Assembly: GCA_002321895.1 (NCBI GenBank) | Contig: DCMZ01000017.1 | Span: forward strand, 130,220-194,219 | Direction of reading: 5' to 3' | Source: Bdellovibrionaceae bacterium UBA1609 | Lineage (GTDB): Bacteria; Bdellovibrionota; Bdellovibrionia; Bdellovibrionales; UBA1609 | DNA length: 64,000 nt | In this document: piece after piece, positions 27,702-37,375 of the stretch | How the letters are laid out: each line of letters begins with the position of its first letter | How positions within the stretch are numbered: the first letter of the stretch is position 1 | Notes under the pieces: model-generated | What the model saw: the letters and a program-made list of their open reading frames with translations, nothing else | The model's database searches: none | Told to the model about the DNA's origin: nothing | Made by a program: the position numbers and the translations under genes

Positions 27702-28658
27702 TTAATTGAAGTCCACCTCTAGGGATCGCAAATATTCCAACCTAGATATCACGGCTTCTCTTTCTTCAATTGAAAGAAGTTCCTTGGCGACTTTACTCTT
27801 TAAATATCTCAAAATATTTTCTCCTCCTTCTCCTTTGACATCCTTTATAAAAGCTTTCCCATGATGAGTATAGATATTGAATTCCGGGATATAATAGTTG
27901 AATGCAACATTTTGCATTTCCATCAGTGGAATTGAGTGCTTTGGCCAACCCATTTTCCGTGGTGTATAGAAAGCGTTTCCATGGTCAATTAAATATACAT
28001 TCGGGTCTTTAAGTCTTCTATGCTCTGATTTCCCATCCAAATTTCCTATCAGGTAATCAAATAAGCTAATCCATTCTGCTAAATCTTCCCTGGCGGTAAA
28101 GTATTTATAAATAAATCCTTTGTAGTAAGTATCAAAGGGCCCTTCTTTTACCCAATTTGGTATTTTCAAATTAACAAAAAGCTGCCTCGATTTAAAGCCA
28201 GTTAAAGTATGCACGCCCACCGTTAAAGGAAAAGCAATCTCACTTGGCACTGAGGTAAAATGCTGAGATATATGATAAGTTGCTATTTCATAATTAGCTC
28301 CATTTTGCTTTTCAATAAACCTCACTCCTTTAGAAGTTACTTTTTGGAAAACACCATTTGGGCTGTAAAGATTGTCTTTTTTCTTGTGAGTCCAAATTTT
28401 TATCCCTTTGGACTGCAATAGTTCACTTAGAATCTTTTCCCGCGATGATATCCACATTGGAGCATTATTAAATTGATGAGGCTCCACAGCTATGTCTTTT
28501 TGATATGCCGTTAGGGCTGGAGTATTTTTAGATGAAGAGAAGAGATCGTTACAAGTAGCACTTTTCGCACCAATCGATAGAAGTAGCAATAGAAGTGTAA
28601 TACAAAAACAGAGGTATTTATGAAGTTTTCCCAATAAACAAAAATGCATAGTAATCAC
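27702..28658 (-). CDS. secreted hypothetical protein with possible kinase-like catalytic motifs
   Basis: Signal peptide (LLLLLSIGAKSA). C-terminal LIGNLDGKSEHRRL...VYLIDHGNAF is reminiscent of the catalytic-loop and DFG-like motifs of PI3/4-kinase-like or HipA-like folds. The resemblance is weak. Confidence 0.45.
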   Translation of the reverse strand: MITMHFCLLGKLHKYLCFCITLLLLLLSIGAKSATCNDLFSSSKNTPALTAYQKDIAVEPHQFNNAPMWISSREKILSELLQSKGIKIWTHKKKDNLYSPNGVFQKVTSKGVRFIEKQNGANYEIATYHISQHFTSVPSEIAFPLTVGVHTLTGFKSRQLFVNLKIPNWVKEGPFDTYYKGFIYKYFTAREDLAEWISLFDYLIGNLDGKSEHRRLKDPNVYLIDHGNAFYTPRKMGWPKHSIPLMEMQNVAFNYYIPEFNIYTHHGKAFIKDVKGEGGENILRYLKSKVAKELLSIEEREAVISRLEYLRSLEVDFN

Positions 28659-28892
28659 GTTCAGCTAACCCATAAATTGGGTACATAAATGTCATTTTAT
28701 AGACTCACTTCATGATATCATCTTCCCAAGACTTTCTTGTGACGACTCGCTCAGAATTGTAATCATTCCTCCATTGTAAAAGAGTTGGCCAAATCAGGCC
28801 CAAACAACTGAAATTAAAGAGTTTTTAGGTATACACAACCTGTTGGATTGGAAGACCCATACAAGCTTTTCGTTAAGGTGCAATATGGGTAA

Positions 28893-29585
28893 CTACCCGG
28901 CTCTCAGCCACTCATCTAATACGGACTCGTCTTCTAAACTTTTAAGTTGAGCCAGTGCAATTCTAAACCTCTTTTTAGTGGGATCATCGGATTCCACAAG
29001 AGAGCACATGAGCTGAACTTCTTCTCTTTTGTCCTGTTTGATAATTCTGACGTTACAGTAGCCAACCACCCAATCAGGGAGGGCATCTTCCAGAAGAATA
29101 CCTCCAACAGAAACATCCTGTGAATGAGAAACAAAGGTATTCCCATTGGTTTCTATAACCACTTTATATCTATTATCGTACCGAGAATGTTCTCTTACTA
29201 GAAATTCCTTATCTTGATCGACAATCAAACTTTGCTCACGTTCTTCCATATAATGGACGTGGTTCTTATCACCAACTTCTTCTTCCGCTACTGAATGTTC
29301 ATCGGCTTCATTTCCTTGAAATCCGGCAACCTCATTATTTATGACATTACCACTTTGTTGGTTCGGTGTTTTAGGGAACTGGTTTTCCCCCGGCTGGACA
29401 TATCTGAGATGTAAACCCATCTCTCTCAATCTCTTCCAGCCATTGTGCCCTTCAATATGAGCCACCCAATTCCATAGCGCAGCTTCTCCCAGAGCATAAG
29501 TGAGGCGCACCAACTCGTCCTCACCCTGTCCCGATATTTTCTGACTGGTTTTTGTGTTAAACAAATACCATTTCATTAGAAACAA
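28893..29585 (-). CDS. PilZ-domain (c-di-GMP receptor) protein with GYF_2-like N-terminus
   Basis: The C-terminal half carries REHSR (RxxxR) followed by DVSVGG (DxSxxG). The N-terminal KWYLF...G..EL...W..H..GWKRL resembles GYF_2/DUF4339. Confidence 0.6.
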   Translation of the reverse strand: MFLMKWYLFNTKTSQKISGQGEDELVRLTYALGEAALWNWVAHIEGHNGWKRLREMGLHLRYVQPGENQFPKTPNQQSGNVINNEVAGFQGNEADEHSVAEEEVGDKNHVHYMEEREQSLIVDQDKEFLVREHSRYDNRYKVVIETNGNTFVSHSQDVSVGGILLEDALPDWVVGYCNVRIIKQDKREEVQLMCSLVESDDPTKKRFRIALAQLKSLEDESVLDEWLRAG

Positions 29586-30745
29586 CTCCTCGATATGTAC
29601 CCTAGACGTTTTTTTGTTTCACCGTTGTATGAACGATACCATCGCGATTTATACTTCTTAACGTAGACCTTACTACCCTTTTCCGCTATAGTCACTTTGC
29701 TCGATGAGCTAGACGGCTTAGATCTAATATTGCAATCTTGCTTCAAACTCACTAAACGCACTCGCTTATTGCTAGAGGCTTTCTTCAATCCCACCTTCAT
29801 ATTAGAAGTGTCTTTAGGCAAAGATGCATTTGAATCTATAGTTTGAGCTTCGCGCAGATTCGCCAAAGAGCGCTTCTCATAGTCAGCAGTTCTATTTTTC
29901 ATCTTTTTATTATCCAGCTTTAGCTTTTCCATGCGCGCATCATTTGAAGCTTTTAGATCCACTAGCATTTTTGTACTCTGCTCGTCTCTAGCTCTAGCGT
30001 TCATCATTTCCTGCTTCGCTAAAGTGTTCTCTTCCTCGAGTCGTTCAATTTGTGCCTTGTACTTCAAAACTTGCTTTTCGTTGTCTTCTGCTTGCATCCG
30101 ATATTTTTCCGCTCGCATTTTAAATTCTTTTATATCGTTGGCGTATTTTTGTGTTTTCTTCTCAGCGACGGCCTTTTCTTTCATCAACTGATCATTAGTC
30201 TTTTGCAGTTTCGTTTGCTTGTCCTTTAATTTCTCCTGAACCAAATTTCTCTGCTGAAGTGCCTCTGCAAGCTTAGCTCTCACAGCTCGTAGTTCCTCGA
30301 GTTTTAAATCCAACTCATCATTCACTTTAGCCAGCTCTCTTTCCTTCTCACCTTGAACTTGGACATTGGCTTCATGTTCGAGCTTTACCTTTTCAGTATC
30401 TTGCAAAGCCTTCTGAATGCGATCCTGTGCTTGAAGCTTTTCCAGCTCCGCTTTTTTGATCTTGCCTTGGAGTACTTCAATTTTCTCATTCAGGTCTTCA
30501 ATTTCAATTTTAGAATCCCTCTCCTGGGCTCGAGCTTGCGCCATTTCGTTCTGCGCTTCCTGAACCAATTGGTCTTCTTTTTCCTTCGCATCCTCTAGCC
30601 GCTCACGAGCCTCTTCAGCCTCTTCTTGCGCCGCAACTGAGTCCGACTTGGCCGCCTCTAGCTCCATTTCCACATCATCTAACTCCGCATGGGCCGATGC
30701 CACACAAAGAAGAATTCCCATAAGTCCAATCATTAGCTGTTTCAT
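29576..30745 (-). CDS. secreted coiled-coil protein with C-terminal SH3_3-like domain
   Basis: Signal peptide MKQLMIGLMGILLCVASAHA, ~280 aa of E/K/Q-rich coiled coil, and a C-terminal CNIRSKPSSSSKVTIAEKGSKVYVKKYKSRWYRSY...GYISRSC. Confidence 0.6.
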   Translation of the reverse strand: MKQLMIGLMGILLCVASAHAELDDVEMELEAAKSDSVAAQEEAEEARERLEDAKEKEDQLVQEAQNEMAQARAQERDSKIEIEDLNEKIEVLQGKIKKAELEKLQAQDRIQKALQDTEKVKLEHEANVQVQGEKERELAKVNDELDLKLEELRAVRAKLAEALQQRNLVQEKLKDKQTKLQKTNDQLMKEKAVAEKKTQKYANDIKEFKMRAEKYRMQAEDNEKQVLKYKAQIERLEEENTLAKQEMMNARARDEQSTKMLVDLKASNDARMEKLKLDNKKMKNRTADYEKRSLANLREAQTIDSNASLPKDTSNMKVGLKKASSNKRVRLVSLKQDCNIRSKPSSSSSKVTIAEKGSKVYVKKYKSRWYRSYNGETKKRLGYISRSCF

Positions 30746-31084
30746 AACCTGTTCCCTTGTTATGTTATCTTCACTACAAAGGTCCTATCGGTGCCTGGAC
30801 TTTTGATTTAAGGATTTTAGAGAAATTTGGCTCATTTGATTCACATCAAGACACTATGAAGTAATTTCAAGTCTCAAAACCAAAATGGAGCCAAGAGAAA
30901 AATGATAGAACTGTTTCAAAATAAAACGATTTTCTCATTTAAAATCAAAGGCTTATAAATTGTGACAACATTATTAGCTCAATCCGAGAAGATTACCCCA
31001 AAATTTAAGCAGGGATTTATTTCATTTTGCTCATTTTAAAACCCCCTGAGTGTGGTTTTATTTCTAGTTGAACCCTATTTTAAG

Positions 31085-31100
31085 TGGCACACGGCTTGCT
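31085..31100 (+). promoter_or_regulatory. sigma-54 (RpoN) -24/-12 promoter
   Basis: TGGCAC-acggc-TTGCt is an exact match to TGGCAC-N5-TTGCW. It lies 163 nt upstream of the amidase ATG. Confidence 0.55.
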
Positions 31101-31262
31101 CTAAGGAAGGACATATCCCCCTTGGCGGCCTGGCCCCCCCCTCTTTACCCCCAGGTCGTCATTTTTTTTATCCAAAATCATTTCGGAAAAAATTACCTAG
31201 TCAGTGACCTAGTCAACCCTCATTACATCGCATGGCAGTCCATCTATATATAGAATAGAAGT

Positions 31263-32030
31263 ATGAAGCCATTTATCCGATCACTACTTCTCCCAGCTAC
31301 AATACTCTTTCTATCCCATGATGCTTTTGCATTCACTGTGGTCATCGATCCTGGACACGGCGGTTATGACAATGGAGCCAATTATTCCGTCGGCACTGAA
31401 AAGAGGATTGTACTTGAGGTCTCCAAAAAGCTTGCGAAACTGATAGAGTCCAACCCACAGTTCAAAGTCAAAATGACTCGTAGTTCGGACTCACCTCGGT
31501 CCCTGAAAAAAAGAGCCGAGATGGCACAATCCTTTTCCGGCGACCTATTCTTAAGCATTCATGCCAACTCATCACCTGATTCAAGGGCCATCGGAGCTGA
31601 GTTCTTCTTCCAACATCAACTCCCCCCAGAAAAATCATCTCTATTCTTAGCTCGAAGAGAAGAACACCATGGTGGCCGAATCAGTGATGAAGAACGGATG
31701 TCTTTTGGCCCGGCCCATAAGAATCCCTATGTAAAGAGCATTTTGGAAGACCTCATCCGCACTCAAAGCATACACTCTAGTGCGGATCTATCTGTTCATT
31801 TAGTGGAACAGTGGAAAGGCTATAAAAAATCCAAAAAGTACGTCATCCAACAGGCTGAGTTTTACGTGGTATCGAACGTTCCGATGCCCTCTGTCCTGGT
31901 TGAACTCGGCTTTCTCACCCACAAAAAAGAGGGCCCCTTACTGAGCCAAAAAAGCTATCAAAATAAGCTAGCTCAGAGCATCTATGATGGGCTCATCAAA
32001 TATAAAGAATCGTTGGACAAAACATTGTGA
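31263..32030 (+). CDS. N-acetylmuramoyl-L-alanine amidase (Amidase_3, AmiC-type)
   Basis: Signal peptide plus VVIDPGHGGYDNGA and FLSIHANS zinc-ligand motifs. Confidence 0.85.
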   Translation: MKPFIRSLLLPATILFLSHDAFAFTVVIDPGHGGYDNGANYSVGTEKRIVLEVSKKLAKLIESNPQFKVKMTRSSDSPRSLKKRAEMAQSFSGDLFLSIHANSSPDSRAIGAEFFFQHQLPPEKSSLFLARREEHHGGRISDEERMSFGPAHKNPYVKSILEDLIRTQSIHSSADLSVHLVEQWKGYKKSKKYVIQQAEFYVVSNVPMPSVLVELGFLTHKKEGPLLSQKSYQNKLAQSIYDGLIKYKESLDKTL

Positions 32031-32068
32031 TCCCCTCTATTGTAAGCTCTCAATCGTAAGGGAGAGTT

Positions 32069-32773
32069 ATGCGTACAGATGGACGTGAAGATCATCAGTT
32101 AAGACCTGTAGAAATTGTGCCTCAGTTTAACCGTCATGCTGAAGGAAGTGTGTTGATTAAGATGGGTCACACTCATGTGGCCTGCACGGCCTCGGTTGAA
32201 CCCGGCGTACCCAAATGGATGATGGGCTCCGGACAGGGCTGGGTCACCGCAGAGTACGGCATGTTACCACGTTCCACACACTCCAGAATGCGACGAGATA
32301 AAACTGCAAACAGTGGCAGAAGTCAGGAAATATCCCGACTCATTGGACGGTCACTTCGCTCATGCATTGATTTGGGAAAACTTGGAGAAAAGCAGATCAC
32401 CGTAGATTGCGATGTTCTGCAAGCTGATGGCGGAACACGAACCGCTGCAATTACTGGAGGGTTTGTTGCACTTCAACTGGCCATCCAGTTTTTACTTAAT
32501 CAGAATGAAATAAAAGAAAATCCTATTAAATATAATATTAGCGCTGTGAGCATTGGTCTTCAGGGATCCCGACCTCTCTTGGACCTCAACTATGACGAAG
32601 ACGCCAATATCGATACGGATATGAACTTCGTAATGAATGAAGAAAATAATTTTATCGAAATACAGGGGACGGCTGAAGGAAACCCTTTCAGCGAGGTGGA
32701 ATTACAATCCATGATTGAGCTGGCCAAAAAGGGCTGCCAAGAACTAATAGATTTACAAAAGAAACATTCTTAA
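32069..32773 (+). CDS. rph: ribonuclease PH
   Basis: MRTDGREDHQLRPV..., CDVLQADGGTRTAAITG. Confidence 0.95.
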   Translation: MRTDGREDHQLRPVEIVPQFNRHAEGSVLIKMGHTHVACTASVEPGVPKWMMGSGQGWVTAEYGMLPRSTHSRMRRDKTANSGRSQEISRLIGRSLRSCIDLGKLGEKQITVDCDVLQADGGTRTAAITGGFVALQLAIQFLLNQNEIKENPIKYNISAVSIGLQGSRPLLDLNYDEDANIDTDMNFVMNEENNFIEIQGTAEGNPFSEVELQSMIELAKKGCQELIDLQKKHS

Positions 32774-32784
32774 AAGGAATATAA

Positions 32785-33366
32785 ATGGACATCTGGTTAG
32801 CCACCTCCAATAGCGGAAAAGTGAACGAATTTAAATCTTTGTTACATGGTAAAGGTTTAGTTTTTCACCAACTCTCTGAAGTTAAAAATTACCACTCCCC
32901 GGCGGAAACTGGAGAGACCTTTTTAGATAACGCCCGCATCAAAGCTAAATCTTTAAAATCCGTAATGCCCGATCAATGGGTAGTGGCTGAAGACTCTGGC
33001 CTACAAGTCAAAGGCCTTAAAGACTTGCCCGGAGTTCATAGCGCTAGGTACGCTGGCGATAAAGCCACCGACCATGAAAATGTGGCCAAAGTCATGAAGA
33101 TGGTCAACCTTCGGACTCCCACCGAGAGATCGGCTAAATTTGTTTGTTGTATTGTAGCCATTTCTCCCACTGGAGAAGAGTTTGTATTCGACGGTGTTGT
33201 TGAAGGTAGTATCTCTAAGAAAGTCGCCGGCACAGCTGGTTTTGGCTATGACGTTTGCTTTATCCCCGAAGGTGAGGAAAAAACTTTCGCAGAACTAGGG
33301 ATTCCATTTAAAAATAAAGTCTCACACAGAGCACAAGCCATTCGAAAGCTGGTAGAGATTTTTTAA
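32785..33366 (+). CDS. rdgB: dITP/XTP pyrophosphatase (Ham1/RdgB)
   Basis: ATSNSGKVNEF, EDSGL, FGYD and SHRAQA motifs. It follows rph, as in many bacteria. Confidence 0.9.
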   Translation: MDIWLATSNSGKVNEFKSLLHGKGLVFHQLSEVKNYHSPAETGETFLDNARIKAKSLKSVMPDQWVVAEDSGLQVKGLKDLPGVHSARYAGDKATDHENVAKVMKMVNLRTPTERSAKFVCCIVAISPTGEEFVFDGVVEGSISKKVAGTAGFGYDVCFIPEGEEKTFAELGIPFKNKVSHRAQAIRKLVEIF

Positions 33367-33370
33367 ATTT

Positions 33371-33721
33371 TTACCTTCTTAATCGCTCAACGCTTTCAGC
33401 CACAATGACATTTTCCAATGTAGCAAAGATGGAAATTTGTCGCTTCAGTTTTTCGGTAGGGCCTACTATGGCCAAACTGCCACCATTGCCCAATAACTCG
33501 TCCGCTTTCTCTGATATAAATCTGATGGCATTAAAGCTTAAAAAGCCTGTGTTGGAAAAATCCAACGCCACCCATGGGCCCTTATTAGCTATGTAGCTAA
33601 TGAGCTGTTCGGAGAAATCTTCAAAGTTGAAGGCATCCACTCGCTCAGGAATTTCAAATACACCCCATTGAGCATCTCCGCTGGGGCCTAATTCTCGTCG
33701 TCTTAGAAGTTCAGTTTCCAT
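33371..33721 (-). CDS. STAS-domain protein (anti-sigma-factor-antagonist-like)
   Basis: I prefer the start at METELL (33721). A SpoIIAA-like pattern is present: VALDFSNTGFLSFNAIRFI...GGSLAIVGPTEKLKRQI. Confidence 0.55.
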   Translation of the reverse strand: METELLRRRELGPSGDAQWGVFEIPERVDAFNFEDFSEQLISYIANKGPWVALDFSNTGFLSFNAIRFISEKADELLGNGGSLAIVGPTEKLKRQISIFATLENVIVAESVERLRR

Positions 33722-33858
33722 AAACAAAATTATTGAAAATCGATTCGATCCTGTCCAGCCCAAACGCCGCACATCTATGCCTAAATCCTAGGTTTTTTTA
33801 AATAAACCTAGAGCCAAAACTGGACTTTATAAATGGGATGGGATACATGATTCACACT

Positions 33859-34803
33859 ATGCGAGAACTGAAAATATTTAGCGGAAATAGTGTCCCAGAT
33901 TTTGCGGCCAAAGTGGCTGAAAATGTGGGTGTACCACTTGGAAAAAGCAGCATTAGCCACTTCTCTGATGGTGAGATTCAGGTCGAGATCCACGAGAGCG
34001 TTCGTGGGGCTGATGTTCATATCATCCAGAGCACCTGCCCTCCTGGAAACGAACATTATATGGAGTTATTCATAACCCTCGACGCCTTGCGTCGAGCTAG
34101 TGCTAACTCCATCACCGCCGTGATCCCATACTATGGTTACGCGAGACAGGATCGAAAAGTAGCTCCTCGTGCTCCCATTTCCGCCAAATGTGTGGCGGAT
34201 CTGATAATTGCCGCTGGAGCCAATCGTGTACTCACTGTAGATTTACATTCAGCCCAGATTCAGGGCTTTTTCAACTGTCCCGTGGATCACTTATTTGCCA
34301 TTCCAACAATGGCTCGCCGCTGGAGAGAAGAATACGGCGCTGGTGACGATTTTGTAGTTGTCAGTCCAGATGCTGGAGGCGTTGAGCGAGCCAGAGCCTT
34401 TGCAAAGCGGGTAGAATCTCCCATTGCAATCATTGATAAGCGCCGTCTTGGACCCAATGAAGCCAAAGCCTACCATCTTATTGGAGATGTTAAGGGTAAA
34501 ATTGCCATTATTGTGGACGATATGATCGATACTGGTGGTACTCTGGTGCAAGCAGTTGACAGTTTGATCGGAAATGGTGCAAAAAAGGTGTTTGCGGTGT
34601 GTACACATCCACTGTTCTCCGGACCGGCCATCTCAAGAATCAATGAGTGTAAGTTAGAGAGAATTTTGGTTTCAGATACCATCCCTTTGAGCGAAGCGGG
34701 CAAGCAGAGCTCGAAGATCGAGGTGGTTTCGGTGGCACCGGTGGTGGCTGAGGCCATAAAAAGAATTTACAGCCATGAATCTGTAACTTCTTTGTTTGAT
34801 TAA
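33859..34803 (+). CDS. prs: ribose-phosphate pyrophosphokinase
   Basis: MRELKIFSG..., YYGYARQDRK, DLHSAQIQGFF, VDDMIDTGGT. I prefer the start at ATG 33859. Confidence 0.95.
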   Translation: MRELKIFSGNSVPDFAAKVAENVGVPLGKSSISHFSDGEIQVEIHESVRGADVHIIQSTCPPGNEHYMELFITLDALRRASANSITAVIPYYGYARQDRKVAPRAPISAKCVADLIIAAGANRVLTVDLHSAQIQGFFNCPVDHLFAIPTMARRWREEYGAGDDFVVVSPDAGGVERARAFAKRVESPIAIIDKRRLGPNEAKAYHLIGDVKGKIAIIVDDMIDTGGTLVQAVDSLIGNGAKKVFAVCTHPLFSGPAISRINECKLERILVSDTIPLSEAGKQSSKIEVVSVAPVVAEAIKRIYSHESVTSLFD

Positions 34804-34830
34804 AATTGAGAGAAAAAAACGAGGTAAAAA

Positions 34831-35463
34831 ATGGCTGATACAATTACAATTAACGCAACTGACAGAACTCCTGGTAAAGGAATTTCTGGAAAATTAAGAC
34901 GTGCTAAACAAGTTCCTGCAGTGGTTTACGGACCCAAGCTCGACAGTACACCCATCACGATTCAACAAAACGATGCGATTAAATACACGGGTCATGGCTA
35001 CGATAACGCCATTTTCACTGTTAGCGGTGGAAAAGTGGGAACGATCAATGTTTTAGTGAAGTCTGTAGACAGACATCCTACCACTCACCTGCCAACACAC
35101 ATCGATTTCTATGCTCCTGACATGACAAAAACTGTTCGTGTTGAAGTGGAAGTGAAGTTCGAAGGAAAACCAGCCGGCGCTCAAGACGGTGGTGTACTTA
35201 GCATTGCTCATCGTGAGATCGAGATTGAATGTCTTCCTAACGAAATCCCAGATCACTTTTCCGTTGATGTTTCAAGCTTAGAGCTTAACGGAGCGATTCA
35301 CGTTTCAGACATCCCAATGCCTGAAAACTTTAAAGTAATGTCTTCTATGGAAATGACTCTTTGTACTTGTGCAGTAGTTGCAGAAGAAAAAGAAGCGGAT
35401 CCTGCTGCTGAAGGCGCTGTTGAAGGCGCTGCCCCTGCTGAAGGCGCAGAAAAGAAAGACTAA
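34831..35463 (+). CDS. rplY: 50S ribosomal protein L25/general stress protein Ctc
   Basis: Long-form L25 with an acidic/Ala-rich tail. It sits between prs and pth. Confidence 0.9.
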   Translation: MADTITINATDRTPGKGISGKLRRAKQVPAVVYGPKLDSTPITIQQNDAIKYTGHGYDNAIFTVSGGKVGTINVLVKSVDRHPTTHLPTHIDFYAPDMTKTVRVEVEVKFEGKPAGAQDGGVLSIAHREIEIECLPNEIPDHFSVDVSSLELNGAIHVSDIPMPENFKVMSSMEMTLCTCAVVAEEKEADPAAEGAVEGAAPAEGAEKKD

Positions 35464-35496
35464 TCTTAACCCTTTCACCTGATTTGGTTGAAACGA

Positions 35497-36063
35497 ATGA
35501 AGCTGATTGTTGGCCTGGGAAACCCAGGCCAAAAATATATAATGAACCGGCATAACATAGGCTTCATGGGCGTAGATGCTCTCGCCCAAGCCTTTGCATT
35601 TCCCCCTTTCAAATCCGAAAAAAAAGCACTGACATCTAAAGGCCGTATCGGAGACAACTCTGTCTTATTAGCAAAACCTCAGACTTACATGAATAATTCC
35701 GGAGAATCCGTACGAGCACTTTTAGACTATTATAAGGTGGAACTGCAGGACCTACTGGTTCTGCATGACGAAGTGGAGTTTCCCTACAGCATCATGAAGT
35801 TTCAACAGAATCGTGGCCATGCTGGCCAAAATGGTGTGCGGGATATTCATACTCACCTGGGAACAAACAAATATGGACGCCTCAGACTGGGAGTGGGCAG
35901 ACCCTCTAGAGGAGATATGGCCAGTCATGTGCTCTCCAATTTTTCAAAAGAAGAAGAGAAGACATTAACAGATTATTTGAATAATATTGTGGATGGCGTA
36001 GAGGCCTTTGTAAAACACGGCCTTAATAGTGCGGCCAATGAATTTAACAATCCCGGGAGCTGA
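35497..36063 (+). CDS. pth: peptidyl-tRNA hydrolase
   Basis: MKLIVGLGNPG...RHNIGF...YMNNSGESV. I prefer ATG 35497 over TTG 35488. Confidence 0.9.
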   Translation: MKLIVGLGNPGQKYIMNRHNIGFMGVDALAQAFAFPPFKSEKKALTSKGRIGDNSVLLAKPQTYMNNSGESVRALLDYYKVELQDLLVLHDEVEFPYSIMKFQQNRGHAGQNGVRDIHTHLGTNKYGRLRLGVGRPSRGDMASHVLSNFSKEEEKTLTDYLNNIVDGVEAFVKHGLNSAANEFNNPGS

Positions 36064-36065
36064 TC

Positions 36066-37160
36066 ATGGGTCTTAAGTGTGGAATCGTAGGTTTACCTAA
36101 CGTTGGTAAGAGTACTCTCTTTAATGCTTTAACAAGTGCGGAGGCAGAATCGGCCAACTACCCTTTTTGCACTATCGACCCTAACGTAGGAGTGGTAACA
36201 GTTCCTGATCAGCGCTTAGATCAAATCACTCAATTTATAAAACCTCAAAGTTTAATCCCTACAGCCATTGAGTTTGTTGATATCGCTGGCCTAGTGGCCG
36301 GAGCGAGCAAAGGTGAAGGCCTAGGAAACCAATTTCTGGCTAATATCCGAGAAACAGATGCTATCGTGCACGTTGTTCGCTGTTTTGAAGACGACAATGT
36401 GATCCATGTTAATGGCTCTGTAGATCCTTTAAGAGACATCGAAACCATTAATACAGAACTTATGCTGGCTGACCTTGAGAGCGTTGAAAAACGCGTAAAG
36501 AAAAATGAAAAGATCGTTCGTACTTCGAAAGATGCAAAACTAATTGCTGAACACGAGTTAATGGTAAGAATTAAAGCCGCACTGGAAGAGGGAAAGCCCG
36601 CCCGAAGTGTCGAAGTGACCGAAGATGAAGAAAAACTCGTTCCCCAACTCCAGCTGCTGACTTCAAAACCGGTTCTCTATGCCTGTAATGTCGCAGAGGA
36701 CATCTCTAAAAGTGAACCTTACGTTGAAAAAGTTCGTCAATTGGCGGAGTCAGAGAACAATAACATTGTTACCATTTGCAGTGCCATCGAAGCTGAAATC
36801 TCCCAACTCGAAGACGAGGAAAAGATGGAGTTTCTAGAGTCCATGGACCTCACCGAACCCGGCCTCAACCGATTGATTCGAGAAGCCTACTCCCTTTTAG
36901 ATCTGGAAACCTATTTTACTGCTGGTGAAAAGGAAGTTCGTGCCTGGACCATTCACAAAGGCACTAAAGCACCTCAGGCCGCTGGAGTCATTCACTCTGA
37001 TTTTGAAAAAGGATTTATACGCGCCGAAGTCTATCACTGCACAGATTTATTTGAATTCAAATCTGAATCCGCCATCAAAGAAAAAGGTAAGTTTAGGTCC
37101 GAAGGTAAAGAGTACGTCGTAAAAGATGGCGACATCATGCACTTTCTCTTTAACGTTTAA
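36066..37160 (+). CDS. ychF: redox-regulated ATPase YchF
   Basis: [34 protein letters not shown] and a C-terminal TGS-like domain. Confidence 0.95.
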   Translation: MGLKCGIVGLPNVGKSTLFNALTSAEAESANYPFCTIDPNVGVVTVPDQRLDQITQFIKPQSLIPTAIEFVDIAGLVAGASKGEGLGNQFLANIRETDAIVHVVRCFEDDNVIHVNGSVDPLRDIETINTELMLADLESVEKRVKKNEKIVRTSKDAKLIAEHELMVRIKAALEEGKPARSVEVTEDEEKLVPQLQLLTSKPVLYACNVAEDISKSEPYVEKVRQLAESENNNIVTICSAIEAEISQLEDEEKMEFLESMDLTEPGLNRLIREAYSLLDLETYFTAGEKEVRAWTIHKGTKAPQAAGVIHSDFEKGFIRAEVYHCTDLFEFKSESAIKEKGKFRSEGKEYVVKDGDIMHFLFNV

Positions 37161-37178
37161 ATATTTTAAATTCGGCTT

Positions 37179-37318
37179 ATTTCACTCATTGAGTGGTTTC
37201 CATTTATAATTGCCAAAAGCGAGTTCGGACGGAACAAGTTTGCGTAAGCAAGCGATGGGCCGCCCGCATGTTTGAGCATTTTGGAAATTGATAAATGGCA
37301 AACACTCAATTGTGAAAT
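37179..37318. repeat. 140-nt element: two ~40-nt imperfect inverted arms around a 60-nt GC-richer core
   Basis: Left arm 37179-37218: atttcactcattgagtggtttccatttataattgccaaaa. The reverse complement of the right arm 37279-37318 is atttcacaattgagtgtttgccatttatcaatttccaaaa. About 36 of 40 positions pair, with small bulges. Confidence 0.55.
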
Positions 37319-37375
37319 TTTAGAAATAAAACTTAAGCTAACTAGCGACAGGCATTAGTTTTTCTTTTTTAAGAA

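Noticed and set aside
31068-31253. 61-aa ORF in the intergenic region upstream of the amidase gene
   Set aside because: It has a TTG start without an RBS and a Pro/Leu-rich improbable sequence. It spans the sigma-54 promoter, the C8 tract and the T8 run, so it is better explained as non-coding regulatory DNA.
33808-34843. Several minus-strand ORFs (82, 105, 95 and 67 aa) opposite prs
   Set aside because: prs is unambiguous on the plus strand. The antisense ORFs have no recognisable features.
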